Virus record (IMG/VR): IMGVR_UViG_3300032323_001214
Coordinates: 124,001-188,000 of that record
Length of the DNA stretch: 64,000 bases
Direction: 5' to 3' (one strand)
Shown here: positions 16,525 through 25,724 of the stretch, piece after piece
Position numbering within the stretch: the first letter of the stretch is position 1
Layout of the letters: every line of letters begins with the position of its first letter
Translations under genes and position numbers: made by a program
Notes under the pieces: model-generated
What the model was told of the DNA's origin: nothing
The model's input: the letters and a program-made list of their open reading frames with translations, nothing else
Database searches by the model: none

Positions 16525-17732
16525 CAAAAATACATATCATACTATTATCGTTCTTATTGGTACTGACTGGCTGCGGCGGTGGCGGGGCCAATCAATCAAA
16601 AAATAATGAAACTGTAATCCCAACAGAATCGGTGTCTCATTTTGAGGCTCCCGGTATAATACCCCACAATAAATTAAGATTAGCAAAAATTGATTACAGA
16701 TATGATACACCGAATAATCAAGTAGATATTAACGGATATCATACTACTTCTTTTGAATCAGTAAAACCAGTAGTTGATAATATTAAACAAATAGGATTTA
16801 CTGGTGTAATTTTATTATTACAAACACCAGTCGATAAAAATACGGGAAAAGTTATTACTGAAAAACCTATCCCCAAAGATACGTGGAAGTTAGTTGACTA
16901 CATTAAATCTCAGGGATTACAAGTTTGGTTATCATTACAAATTGTAGACAGTGTGACGGATGTATTATTAATTCCAGATTTCAATAAGTATACTGAACAA
17001 TATATGTTCAATAACATCATTGAGTATCAGCGCAATATTTCTATTACTGCACAACAATATAAGGTTGACGGAATTTTTATCAGCGAAGGTAATTATAATT
17101 TAGAATCGTATGATCATTTATTTTATTGGCAACAGCTAATATCTGAAGTTAGGAAAGTTTATTCAGGCAAATTATCTTATGCTACCTATTTGATAATGCC
17201 CACTGCTATTTGGAATTACTTGGATTACGCTAGTATTAATATGAATGACACCTTATCAAAGACACCGGTGTATGATTTAAAAACAATTATAAGCTTATAC
17301 TTTGGTGATGCTTACGGCAAGGATCAAATACAATTAATTAAAAATTTTCACATGGTGTATGGTAAAAAATTTATATTGACAACATCACCTACTATCACTG
17401 ATATGGGTGTAGGACATCTACCTAGCACTTTTTGGGAAAATGTAATTAACAATGTTTGGACAACAGTGTACAGTACACACACTGATAAACAAATGCAACA
17501 ACTGAAAATTCGTGCATTTATGGAAGTAGTTAATAAACATTTAATAGATATTACAGATGGTGTGGGCTTTGGTGAATTTGATCCTTGGCTACAACATGTA
17601 AATTTTAGTAAACAAGGTACCGGAATATATCATTATTATTGTTGTGGATTCGACTTAACTACTAACAAGGATGCCCAAAAAACTATAAATTCATATTTTA
17701 GTAAACAATGGGGTCACTATTCTATCCAATAA
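16521..17732 (+). CDS. Lipoprotein with a putative glycoside-hydrolase TIM barrel (GH5/GH113-like)
   Basis: Lipobox LTGC; GFTGVILL, GLQVWL, VDGIFISEG, LISEVRKVYSGKLSYA pattern. Confidence 0.55.
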   Translation: MTKIHIILLSFLLVLTGCGGGGANQSKNNETVIPTESVSHFEAPGIIPHNKLRLAKIDYRYDTPNNQVDINGYHTTSFESVKPVVDNIKQIGFTGVILLLQTPVDKNTGKVITEKPIPKDTWKLVDYIKSQGLQVWLSLQIVDSVTDVLLIPDFNKYTEQYMFNNIIEYQRNISITAQQYKVDGIFISEGNYNLESYDHLFYWQQLISEVRKVYSGKLSYATYLIMPTAIWNYLDYASINMNDTLSKTPVYDLKTIISLYFGDAYGKDQIQLIKNFHMVYGKKFILTTSPTITDMGVGHLPSTFWENVINNVWTTVYSTHTDKQMQQLKIRAFMEVVNKHLIDITDGVGFGEFDPWLQHVNFSKQGTGIYHYYCCGFDLTTNKDAQKTINSYFSKQWGHYSIQ

Positions 17733-17792
17733 AAATATTTGACACATTAATTTTAGTTAAATATATTCAACTTATACAAAAGGAAAAACAAT

Positions 17793-18458
17793 ATGGCTTT
17801 TTTAAGACACATCGGTAAACATGGAGACAGAAAAGTAGCTGTCGTATTCAGAGAAGTACCGGGCGAAACCCATATGTGCTTAGTTACATATACTGAAACA
17901 CTAAATCAACATATTCACGATCCAATGATGCAATGCATTGAAAGTGATATCGGACAAAATAGTGAAAATTTAGCTGACGCATTAAATCGTACTTATACTA
18001 AAGACGGTAGACCAATTCTTACATATCTTCACATGGAGGGTTTGTTGAAAAAAGTTAATACTGAACTAGTTATTATGACTCCCGCACCAAACACTAGAAT
18101 CAAGTTGAATGAACTAAACTCTATCCTAGACGAAATGAAGCAAGGTGAGAGTGCGGTGCGTAGACTAGCAGAACTTGATGCAAGTACAGGATTACAAGAC
18201 CCAGCTGATGTAGCTCGTAGACTACGCGGCGATCCTACTGCGACCTCAATTCCTAATGCACCTGATGGTATCTTAGGTGATACTACTTTAGCAAAACAAA
18301 GACTTGAACAAGCACACCGTATGGAACGTGAAGCAAAGGGATTACTAGCAGAAGCTCAACGATTAATCGAAGAAGCTAAGGCTATGGATCCGGGAGTTGC
18401 CCCAGTAGTAACACCAGCGCCTAAGGCAAGAAAAACAAAAGCAAAAGTTAGCGCATAA
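17793..18458 (+). CDS. Hypothetical protein with coiled-coil C-terminus
   Basis: AAGGA Shine-Dalgarno; 221-aa ORF. Confidence 0.8.
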   Translation: MAFLRHIGKHGDRKVAVVFREVPGETHMCLVTYTETLNQHIHDPMMQCIESDIGQNSENLADALNRTYTKDGRPILTYLHMEGLLKKVNTELVIMTPAPNTRIKLNELNSILDEMKQGESAVRRLAELDASTGLQDPADVARRLRGDPTATSIPNAPDGILGDTTLAKQRLEQAHRMEREAKGLLAEAQRLIEEAKAMDPGVAPVVTPAPKARKTKAKVSA

Positions 18459-18754
18459 TGTCACCTGAATTCATCGATAAGTGGGAACATATACTTGAAG
18501 ATGTTGAAAAAAATAAAATACCCGTACAGTTTATTAAAAAATTAATTATTAAACTGGAGGGTAAAAAACAACAGACAATCAATATTGAAAAATTTTTGTC
18601 ACAAGGATTGGACCCCGATCAGGTAGAAGATGCAGTTAGCAGAAAACTACATGAACTAGAAGACTTAATCGTCAGTGTAGAATTTATTCTAAACGTCCAA
18701 AGTATCGCTGATACAGTGCAACCAGAGACCGATAGACTACTAGGAAGATTATGA
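18458..18754 (+). CDS. Hypothetical protein
   Basis: TAATG-coupled 98-aa ORF. Confidence 0.75.
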   Translation: MSPEFIDKWEHILEDVEKNKIPVQFIKKLIIKLEGKKQQTINIEKFLSQGLDPDQVEDAVSRKLHELEDLIVSVEFILNVQSIADTVQPETDRLLGRL

Positions 18755-19203
18755 AACTAATCGTAGCATGTGACCCTAGCGGTGGTATAGGCTACAACAA
18801 TAAATTGCCCTGGAGTAAAATCGAGGGCGATTTGCCAAGATTCAAGGAACTGACAACAGGTAAAGTGATTCTTATGGGTCGCAATACCTGGGAAAGTTTA
18901 CCTAAACAACCTCTACCCAATCGCATTAATGTTGTAGTGTCCAGTAAGGATATACCAGAAATAACTACATTGACTAGCCTACCTGCTAGAGACACAATGG
19001 ATTTAGCAGATGTTTGGTTAATAGGTGGTGCAAAGCTCATCAATTCAAGTTGGCACTTAATTGACGAAGTGCATTTGAGTAGGACATTTGCCGAATACAC
19101 TTGTGATACATTCATTAATGTTGTAAAATTAGAACAAGAATTTATGTGTTGGTTCAAGGAACAACATACTGACCACTCATATGAAATTTGGAAAAGAAAA
19201 TGA
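18751..19203 (+). CDS. frd: Dihydrofolate reductase
   Basis: LIVA....GIG.NNKLPW..I.GDL..FK.LT.GK.ILMGR.TWESLP..PLPNR.NVVVS; IGG. Confidence 0.97.
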   Translation: MKLIVACDPSGGIGYNNKLPWSKIEGDLPRFKELTTGKVILMGRNTWESLPKQPLPNRINVVVSSKDIPEITTLTSLPARDTMDLADVWLIGGAKLINSSWHLIDEVHLSRTFAEYTCDTFINVVKLEQEFMCWFKEQHTDHSYEIWKRK

Positions 19204-20099
19204 AGCAATATCACGATTTACTACAAGATATATTAGACAACGGAGAACTTAAAGATGACAGAACTGGTGTTGGCACCTATAGTGTTTTTGGCCGTAATCT
19301 TCGCTTTGATTTGCGTAGGGGCTTTCCCGCAATCACTACTAAAAAGCTTGCATGGAAAGCTTGTGTCGGTGAACTTCTCTGGTTCATTGAAGGCTCTAGT
19401 GATGAGCGTAGACTGGCAGAACTCACCCATGGTACTGCCGAAGGCAAGGCTACTATCTGGACACCGAATGCGCTTGCGCCGTATTGGAAACCAAAAGCGA
19501 AATTTGAAGGTGATCTCGGCAGGGTCTATGGTGTTCAATGGCGGCATTGGAACAAAGACACGGTTGAAAAAGACATGGGTCCAGCGCACAAAGGTGGCAC
19601 ACGCCTCGCAGTAGACAGAACAGAAATTGATCAATTGACAAATCTCATAGAAGGACTGCAACAAGATCCTAATGGGCGCAGACACATTATAAGTGCCTGG
19701 AACGTGAGTGAGTTAGACCAAATGGCATTGCCACCTTGTCACGTTATGAGTCAATTCTATGTCAACAAAAATAAAGAACTATCTTGTCATATGTACCAGC
19801 GTAGTGTGGATGTGTTTCTTGGTTTACCTTTTAACATTGCTAGCTATGCGTTACTCACTCATTTGATTGCACATCACTGCGGATTGAAAGTAGGTGAGTT
19901 GATTATCAGTACAGGTGACACTCACATCTATAAGGATCATGTTGATCAAGTTAAAGAACAACTAACACGTGCTGAGTTTCCCGCTCCGTTATTGATGTTG
20001 AATTCTCAGAAGAATAACATCTTTGAAATGACAATGCAAGACATTCATTTAGAGAACTATCAAAGTCATGGCCCTATCAAAGCAACAATGGCAGTTTAA
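19200..20099 (+). CDS. thyA: Thymidylate synthase
   Basis: DDRTGVGT, ELLWFIEG, GRVYGVQWRHW, RRHIISAWN, LPPCH, YQRSVDVFLGLPFNIASY, GDTHIY. Confidence 0.98.
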   Translation: MKQYHDLLQDILDNGELKDDRTGVGTYSVFGRNLRFDLRRGFPAITTKKLAWKACVGELLWFIEGSSDERRLAELTHGTAEGKATIWTPNALAPYWKPKAKFEGDLGRVYGVQWRHWNKDTVEKDMGPAHKGGTRLAVDRTEIDQLTNLIEGLQQDPNGRRHIISAWNVSELDQMALPPCHVMSQFYVNKNKELSCHMYQRSVDVFLGLPFNIASYALLTHLIAHHCGLKVGELIISTGDTHIYKDHVDQVKEQLTRAEFPAPLLMLNSQKNNIFEMTMQDIHLENYQSHGPIKATMAV

Positions 20100-20400
20100 A
20101 GACGAGTTCACTCGACCCAAATATCAGGTACGACTATCTGATAGTGGTGAAGAGATGGTATCTATCACTCATGTAGTTCATACTATTAAATTAAGTGATG
20201 TTGAAGATCCTGATTTGTTAGTAGCACAACCTATATATGAGTGGCAACAAACAGAAGCAGGTAAGTGGATAATGGAAAATTCTATGCCCTCTCCCAGTTG
20301 GCATCGTCACCATGACATATATAATTATGGCTACACATATCAAATTAGAGCATATCTAACACCTAAACAATTAACATTTTGGAAGTTGAAATACGAATGA
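20068..20400 (+). CDS. Hypothetical protein, FxL(K/R)W/Y-type C-terminus
   Basis: Ends AYLTPKQLTFWKLKYE. Confidence 0.7.
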   Translation: MALSKQQWQFKDEFTRPKYQVRLSDSGEEMVSITHVVHTIKLSDVEDPDLLVAQPIYEWQQTEAGKWIMENSMPSPSWHRHHDIYNYGYTYQIRAYLTPKQLTFWKLKYE

Positions 20401-21362
20401 AAATACTAGTTACGGGCGGTCTCGGCCTTATAGGACACAACGTAGTAAATAAATTACAACAACAAGGTCATAGTGTTGTAATTACTGATACTCGCACTAC
20501 TTATGGTATTATTCCACAAGATGAAATTGATTATTTAATGGCTGAACGACTAAAAAAGATTCAGCCAGGCCAAATACATGCTATAGATATTATTAGTGAC
20601 AGTATTGATTGGTTGTTTGAAAGATATAAGTTTGATATGGTGATACACATGGCAAGCTTCCCTAGACAAAAAGTTGTTAATGCTAATCCTAGACTAGGAG
20701 CAAAAACAATGATGGAAGGTTTATTAAACTTATGTGAAGCAAGTAAAAAACATAATGTAAAGAAGTTCATTTACATTAGTTCAAGTATGGTATACGGAGA
20801 TTTCACTAATGATGTGACTGAGGATTATGACTGTAAACCTCAAGGTCAATATGGAATTATGAAATTAGCAGGGGAACACCTTGTCAAGGATTATAGCCGT
20901 CGTGGTTGCTTCACTCATACTATCATTCGTCCTAGTGCTGTATACGGAGAACTAGATGTTGAAGACCGTGTCATTGCTAAGTTTATGCTTACTGCAATGC
21001 GTGGCGGCACATTGAACGTTAATGGTGAAAATGAAACATTAGACTTTACGTATGTTGAGGATGCCGCAGATGGTATCGTTGGTGCCGCATTAAGTGATAA
21101 TACTGATAACAAAACATATAATATCACTAAGTCACATAGCAGAACATTACTTGATGCCGCAAACTTAGCAGTTAAATGTGCAGGTAAAGGTTCAATCAAT
21201 GTCAGGGGCAAGGACGCAGACTTCCCAAGTCGTGGTGCATTAAATATTGATGCGGCACGTAGAGACTTTGGGTATGATCCTAAAGTAGACGTAGAAGAAG
21301 GCTTTGAAAGATATTATGAGTGGCTTATTAATTCCCCATTTTGGTCTAGCAAGACAATATAA
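20397..21362 (+). CDS. NAD-dependent nucleotide-sugar epimerase/dehydratase
   Basis: ILVTGGLGLIG, YISSSMVYG, YGIMK (YxxxK), IIRPSAVYG, DFTYVEDAA. Confidence 0.93.
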   Translation: MKILVTGGLGLIGHNVVNKLQQQGHSVVITDTRTTYGIIPQDEIDYLMAERLKKIQPGQIHAIDIISDSIDWLFERYKFDMVIHMASFPRQKVVNANPRLGAKTMMEGLLNLCEASKKHNVKKFIYISSSMVYGDFTNDVTEDYDCKPQGQYGIMKLAGEHLVKDYSRRGCFTHTIIRPSAVYGELDVEDRVIAKFMLTAMRGGTLNVNGENETLDFTYVEDAADGIVGAALSDNTDNKTYNITKSHSRTLLDAANLAVKCAGKGSINVRGKDADFPSRGALNIDAARRDFGYDPKVDVEEGFERYYEWLINSPFWSSKTI

Positions 21363-22389
21363 GAATATCGGTGAAGAGTTGCTAGATGCAACTCACCGTG
21401 TCCTTAAAGATGGGCAATTAGTAGGTGGACATTATACCCGCTCGTTTGAAGAATGGCTTAAACACTGTACTAAAACAAAGTATGCTATAACAGTTCACAG
21501 TGGGACCCAAGCACTAGAAATTATTGCACGATGGAAAAAGATCAAGCATAATCAAACTATGGAGGGTAATCCTAAAGTTCGTCTACCTAATCTGACATAT
21601 CCAGCAACACTAAATGCATTTTTAACTGCGGGCTGGGACGTTGAATTAGGTGATACTGACAAGAATGGTATATTGAGCCGAGAGCCTAGAACAAGTGGGA
21701 TTTATGATTGTCTTATGGGATTTGCCGGACGTAAGCCATGGCCCGATGCACGATATGAAGATAGCTATGGAATCATAGTCGACGGAGCACAGCATTGGCT
21801 AGTAGCTGGCGGCAATGTTGGCAGTGGTATGGCAATAAGTTTTGACCCTACAAAGAATTTAAATAGTAGTGGCAACGGTGGTGCTATTGTAACTAATGAT
21901 GAAAAATTATATTTGTATGCATCAAGTTACAGGGACAATTGTAAACCTTACTTCCATGATGTAGGAACTAACAGTAAGATGAGTGAGATAGACTGCGCAC
22001 ACCTGTTAGTTAGAATAAAACACATTGATGCTTGGCAAATTCGTAGAGCAACAATAAGCAATTACTGGTGTGAGCAATTTAAAAATTTACCTATGACTTG
22101 CTTATCTGATACTAGAGATCCACACGCACATCAGAAATTTGTAATGTATATGGCTGATCGTAATTCACTTCATACTCATTTAATAACTGATGGTATAGAT
22201 AGTAAGATTCATTATGAGTATGTGCTTGGAGATTTACCGATAGCACAAGATAGAAACATTAGCAGACCAGATTTAATGGCTACCAGCGTAATGCTTTCTA
22301 GGGGAGTATTGAGTCTACCTATATACCCTGAACTTACGGATGTTGAAGTAGAGTATATCGCTGGTAAAGTTACAGACTTTTATAAATAA
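21316..22389 (+). CDS. DegT/DnrJ/EryC1/StrS PLP-dependent sugar aminotransferase
   Basis: SGTQAL, TYPAT.NA, IIVDGAQ, SFDPTKNL..SGNGGAI, NSKMSEI, LSLPIYPELT. Confidence 0.93.
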   Translation: MSGLLIPHFGLARQYKNIGEELLDATHRVLKDGQLVGGHYTRSFEEWLKHCTKTKYAITVHSGTQALEIIARWKKIKHNQTMEGNPKVRLPNLTYPATLNAFLTAGWDVELGDTDKNGILSREPRTSGIYDCLMGFAGRKPWPDARYEDSYGIIVDGAQHWLVAGGNVGSGMAISFDPTKNLNSSGNGGAIVTNDEKLYLYASSYRDNCKPYFHDVGTNSKMSEIDCAHLLVRIKHIDAWQIRRATISNYWCEQFKNLPMTCLSDTRDPHAHQKFVMYMADRNSLHTHLITDGIDSKIHYEYVLGDLPIAQDRNISRPDLMATSVMLSRGVLSLPIYPELTDVEVEYIAGKVTDFYK

Positions 22390-22449
22390 TTGGTGAAAAT
22401 ATTTTCTTTTTTTGACCAAAATACTTCTTAAAATTAAACACCCGACGGC

Positions 22450-22456
22450 ATAAATA
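22450..22456 (+). promoter_or_regulatory. Late-type promoter ATAAATA
   Basis: T4-late-like motif 8 nt before the spanin ATG. The motif also recurs at 23292, 25692, 27582, 29151, 34867, 41191, 47045, 50303, 53284, 54732, 56865 and 59853. Confidence 0.7.
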
Positions 22457-22464
22457 CGAATACT

Positions 22465-22962
22465 ATGTGGATACTAACAATTTTACCAGAAGCCGCAATA
22501 CATATAATCTTTGGATTAGGTGTTTTGGGCACAATAGCAGGATTCGTCCTAGGATTCATTCCTTTTGTCAAAGCCTATAAACTAGCTATTCAGGTCATAA
22601 GCCTGTTAGTATTAGTTTTAGGTGTCTATCTTGAGGGTGGATTAGCCGACTATAAAGAGTGGGAACTTAAAGTCAAAGAGATGGAAGCTAAAGTTGCACA
22701 GGCTGAAGCACAATCTGCAAACAAGAATGTAGAAATACAGGAAAAAGTTGTAGAAACAACTAAAATTGTACGTGAAAAAGGTCGAGATATCATCAAATAT
22801 GTTGATAGATGGAACACTAAAGAAGTAATCAAGGAAGTTGAAGGTCCTGAAAGAATCAGGCGTGAAGAAGTTATCAAGTACATCGAAAACTGCCCTGTTC
22901 CTAAGGAAATGATAGATATTCATAATCAAGCAACTGAACTGAATAAGGGCATTAAGAAATGA
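22465..22962 (+). CDS. Inner-membrane spanin (Rz-like)
   Basis: N-terminal transmembrane segments then a coiled coil; ATGA-coupled to a lipoprotein gene. Confidence 0.7.
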   Translation: MWILTILPEAAIHIIFGLGVLGTIAGFVLGFIPFVKAYKLAIQVISLLVLVLGVYLEGGLADYKEWELKVKEMEAKVAQAEAQSANKNVEIQEKVVETTKIVREKGRDIIKYVDRWNTKEVIKEVEGPERIRREEVIKYIENCPVPKEMIDIHNQATELNKGIKK

Positions 22963-23219
22963 AATATCTATTAATTGTTCTATTACTTGCCGGATGTACT
23001 ACCACAGTACCGGTAACTCGCAAATTTCCAAACCCTACCCCGGAGTTAATGAAACAATGCGAAAATCTCAAAAGAGTTGACGGAGATAGAGTTTCTATCA
23101 CTGATATGTTAAAAGTTGTGGTCCATAACTATTCACTGTATTACGAATGTTCAACTAAAGTGGATGGTTGGCAAGAATGGTACAATGAGCAGAAAAAGAT
23201 ATTCGATTCTGCTAAATGA
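22959..23219 (+). CDS. Outer-membrane lipoprotein spanin (Rz1-like)
   Basis: MKYLLIVLLLAGC lipobox, Pro-rich start, two further Cys. Confidence 0.75.
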   Translation: MKYLLIVLLLAGCTTTVPVTRKFPNPTPELMKQCENLKRVDGDRVSITDMLKVVVHNYSLYYECSTKVDGWQEWYNEQKKIFDSAK

Positions 23220-23320
23220 TTTTATACAAAATACAGCAATAAAATCTACTATATTCGTCAAATATCTAAAGCAGAATTGGTTTAGCTTCTGATAAATACA
23301 TTATAGACTAGGATTTTATA

Positions 23321-24172
23321 ATGACCACGCCAGAGATAATTAATACAGGTGATTTGCCCAACGATGGTTCCGGTGACCCTCTACGTCTAGCATTTGATAA
23401 AATTAATAATAACTTTGCAAACTTGTTTGCTATTACTGCGGTTGAAGGGGAGCTGATTCCAGTAGAAGAATTAGTTGATGAACAGATATCTGGAAATGTA
23501 TTCAGTGGTAATATTAACATAGGGTTAGTTGCAAACAATGTCTACTATACTTTACCCGATAGTGCAACACCAGTGCAAGTTGCACAATTTGATACTTTTG
23601 CGTATGTTGCTAATTTAATTACCCCTACTGGCCCATACGGTGCTCAAGAATATATCAATATTGGTGCTCAGGCCAACGATGGTGAAGGTGACCCACTACG
23701 CACAGCGTTTGCAAAGATTAATAATAACTTTTCAAACTTATTTTTTACTACGACTAGTACAAGCAATACGTTTACTGTTGGCTTAGATACTAACCAAGTT
23801 ATTTACGAAACACCCGCAGATACATTTTCACAGGCTAGATTTCAGATTAGGTCTAGTGATCCGGGAACTGATGATATGCAAGATATCACTATTACCGCAT
23901 CTATTACTAACAATCTAGCGGGAGTAAGATTTACCGGTTATGGCACGTTATTTGAAGGTAATCCGTTATGTCGATATGACATGGATGTACTAGACGGCAA
24001 TGTTAGATTATTAATCAATCCTATAAAAGATGCTGTAATATTGCATTTTATCGCTTCAGAAGTAACTTTTATTGGTACTTCTCCACCGGGCGTGGAAATA
24101 GCATTAGATGGCTATCCTCCAAACTCATTATTGGGAACTGAAGACGACTTAATATTGACGACTGAATCATAA
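23321..24172 (+). CDS. Virion structural protein with two gp9/gp10-like N-terminal motifs
   Basis: INTGDLPNDGSGDPLRLAFDKINNNF and INIGAQANDGEGDPLRTAFAKINNNF. Confidence 0.7.
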   Translation: MTTPEIINTGDLPNDGSGDPLRLAFDKINNNFANLFAITAVEGELIPVEELVDEQISGNVFSGNINIGLVANNVYYTLPDSATPVQVAQFDTFAYVANLITPTGPYGAQEYINIGAQANDGEGDPLRTAFAKINNNFSNLFFTTTSTSNTFTVGLDTNQVIYETPADTFSQARFQIRSSDPGTDDMQDITITASITNNLAGVRFTGYGTLFEGNPLCRYDMDVLDGNVRLLINPIKDAVILHFIASEVTFIGTSPPGVEIALDGYPPNSLLGTEDDLILTTES

Positions 24173-24173
24173 A

Positions 24174-24569
24174 ATGAGAGCAAAAGAATTTATTACAGAA
24201 CAAAGAACAGATGGACTAACAGTTGTATCTTACTCTTTGCCCAACACCTACATCATGCCTGATTTAAAAAATAATGATTTCTATGAGTTATATAGATTTG
24301 GCGTAGCGTTTGCTGCTGTTAGAGGTGAAGGCGGTCAAGATGACGGTGTTCAAAATGAATTTAAAAATGAATTTCAGGCAGAAACATCTTGGGGAGAGCA
24401 TCAATTAGTTTCTTCCGAATTCGATGAAGACCTAGGCAATACTATTGACAAAACCTTGAAAAAAGTAGGAAAGACTGGTAAAAAATTAGTCACCAGTGCT
24501 AATAGTAATGAAATACCTAACACCAATGTACAATCAACTCTCAAACCCTTTAAAGGATACACAAGATGA
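24174..24569 (+). CDS. Putative head-internal protein, paralogue A
   Basis: Starts MRAKEFITE; ends KPFKGYTR. Confidence 0.6.
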   Translation: MRAKEFITEQRTDGLTVVSYSLPNTYIMPDLKNNDFYELYRFGVAFAAVRGEGGQDDGVQNEFKNEFQAETSWGEHQLVSSEFDEDLGNTIDKTLKKVGKTGKKLVTSANSNEIPNTNVQSTLKPFKGYTR

Positions 24570-24943
24570 GAGCAAATGAATTTGTGTCTGAATCTAAGAT
24601 GGGTAAAATATCTGACCACCAACAACAAGCAACTCGTGGGTTAAATATTTTTTCAAAGAAGATAGACAGCTATGATAGACTATATGATTTAAATCGTTTA
24701 ATGATGGCTGTAGCAAGTAGCGATGGAATAAACCCAATTGAAATGCCTGCAGAAAGTTGGGTAGGTAAACACAATACTGCACACGCCTACACTAAAGAAG
24801 AACAAGATATGCTCAAATTAGCATATGAAGCCGCGGGTCTAGAGTATATAGATATAAACAAAGGTGATTTAGATAGTGAAGAATTAGAGTCAACTAACAC
24901 CCAAAGCATTGCAAAACCCTTCAAGGGCTATAAAAGAAAATAA
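24566..24943 (+). CDS. Putative head-internal protein, paralogue B
   Basis: Starts MRANEFVSE; ends KPFKGYKRK. Confidence 0.6.
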   Translation: MRANEFVSESKMGKISDHQQQATRGLNIFSKKIDSYDRLYDLNRLMMAVASSDGINPIEMPAESWVGKHNTAHAYTKEEQDMLKLAYEAAGLEYIDINKGDLDSEELESTNTQSIAKPFKGYKRK

Positions 24944-24995
24944 TTTCACTGTCAGTTTTGAGAATAAGTAATTGTATCAAATTACAGGATTTTCA

Positions 24996-25688
24996 ATGCT
25001 TATAGATATAAACACAACACTAGACCTAATCAAACTCAAATTTTATAATGAGTGGCTATATACTGCACACATTTACGATGAGGGGGATAGTCAGTTTCAC
25101 AAAGACCTGACTGCACAGGTTGTAAAACAATATATAGACCCACTTAACATTCCTAAAAATGCTAAAATCTTAGACCTGGGTTGCGGTCCTGGATATTTCT
25201 TAGATGAGATGAAAGCACGTGAATATACCGATCTTACCGGAGTTACATTAAGTCCAGGAGATATCAAGCTATGTGAAAGTAAAGGTCACACAATCAAACC
25301 ATATGATTTGACTTTTATTCCACAAAAAGATGGGTATCATGACGAATCAGTGGATTTTGTATTTTTGCGACATGCATTGGAACACAGTCCATATCCTATC
25401 TTTAGTTTAATGGAGTATAATCGTATACTAAAACAATTTGGCAAGATTTACATTGAAGTGCCTGCACCAAATTGCGATAGAAAACACGAATGGAATTTAA
25501 ATCACTACAGCATTTTAGGTGAACAGCAGTTGGCTGCACTATTAGTTCGTTGCGGTTTTAACATAGACAAATTTGAAAACTTAGAGTTTGAATTAGGTGT
25601 ACCTGATGAAACTGGAGAAATCAAAAAAGTAAAAGAAAAATACTATTGTATTGTTGCGACTAAGCAAAGACCACTAGATATTAAATAA
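24996..25688 (+). CDS. Class I SAM-dependent methyltransferase
   Basis: ILDLGCGPG, GVTLS, DESVDFVFLRHALEH, RILKQFGKIYIEVP. Confidence 0.92.
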   Translation: MLIDINTTLDLIKLKFYNEWLYTAHIYDEGDSQFHKDLTAQVVKQYIDPLNIPKNAKILDLGCGPGYFLDEMKAREYTDLTGVTLSPGDIKLCESKGHTIKPYDLTFIPQKDGYHDESVDFVFLRHALEHSPYPIFSLMEYNRILKQFGKIYIEVPAPNCDRKHEWNLNHYSILGEQQLAALLVRCGFNIDKFENLEFELGVPDETGEIKKVKEKYYCIVATKQRPLDIK

Positions 25689-25693
25689 ACGAT

Positions 25694-25724
25694 AAATACT
25701 CACTAACAAGTGAGTATTTTTTTT
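25694..25724 (+). terminator. Terminator hairpin overlapping a late promoter
   Basis: AAATACTCAC-taacaa-GTGAGTATTT plus T-run; its 5' arm overlaps ATAAATA at 25692-25698. Confidence 0.65.
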
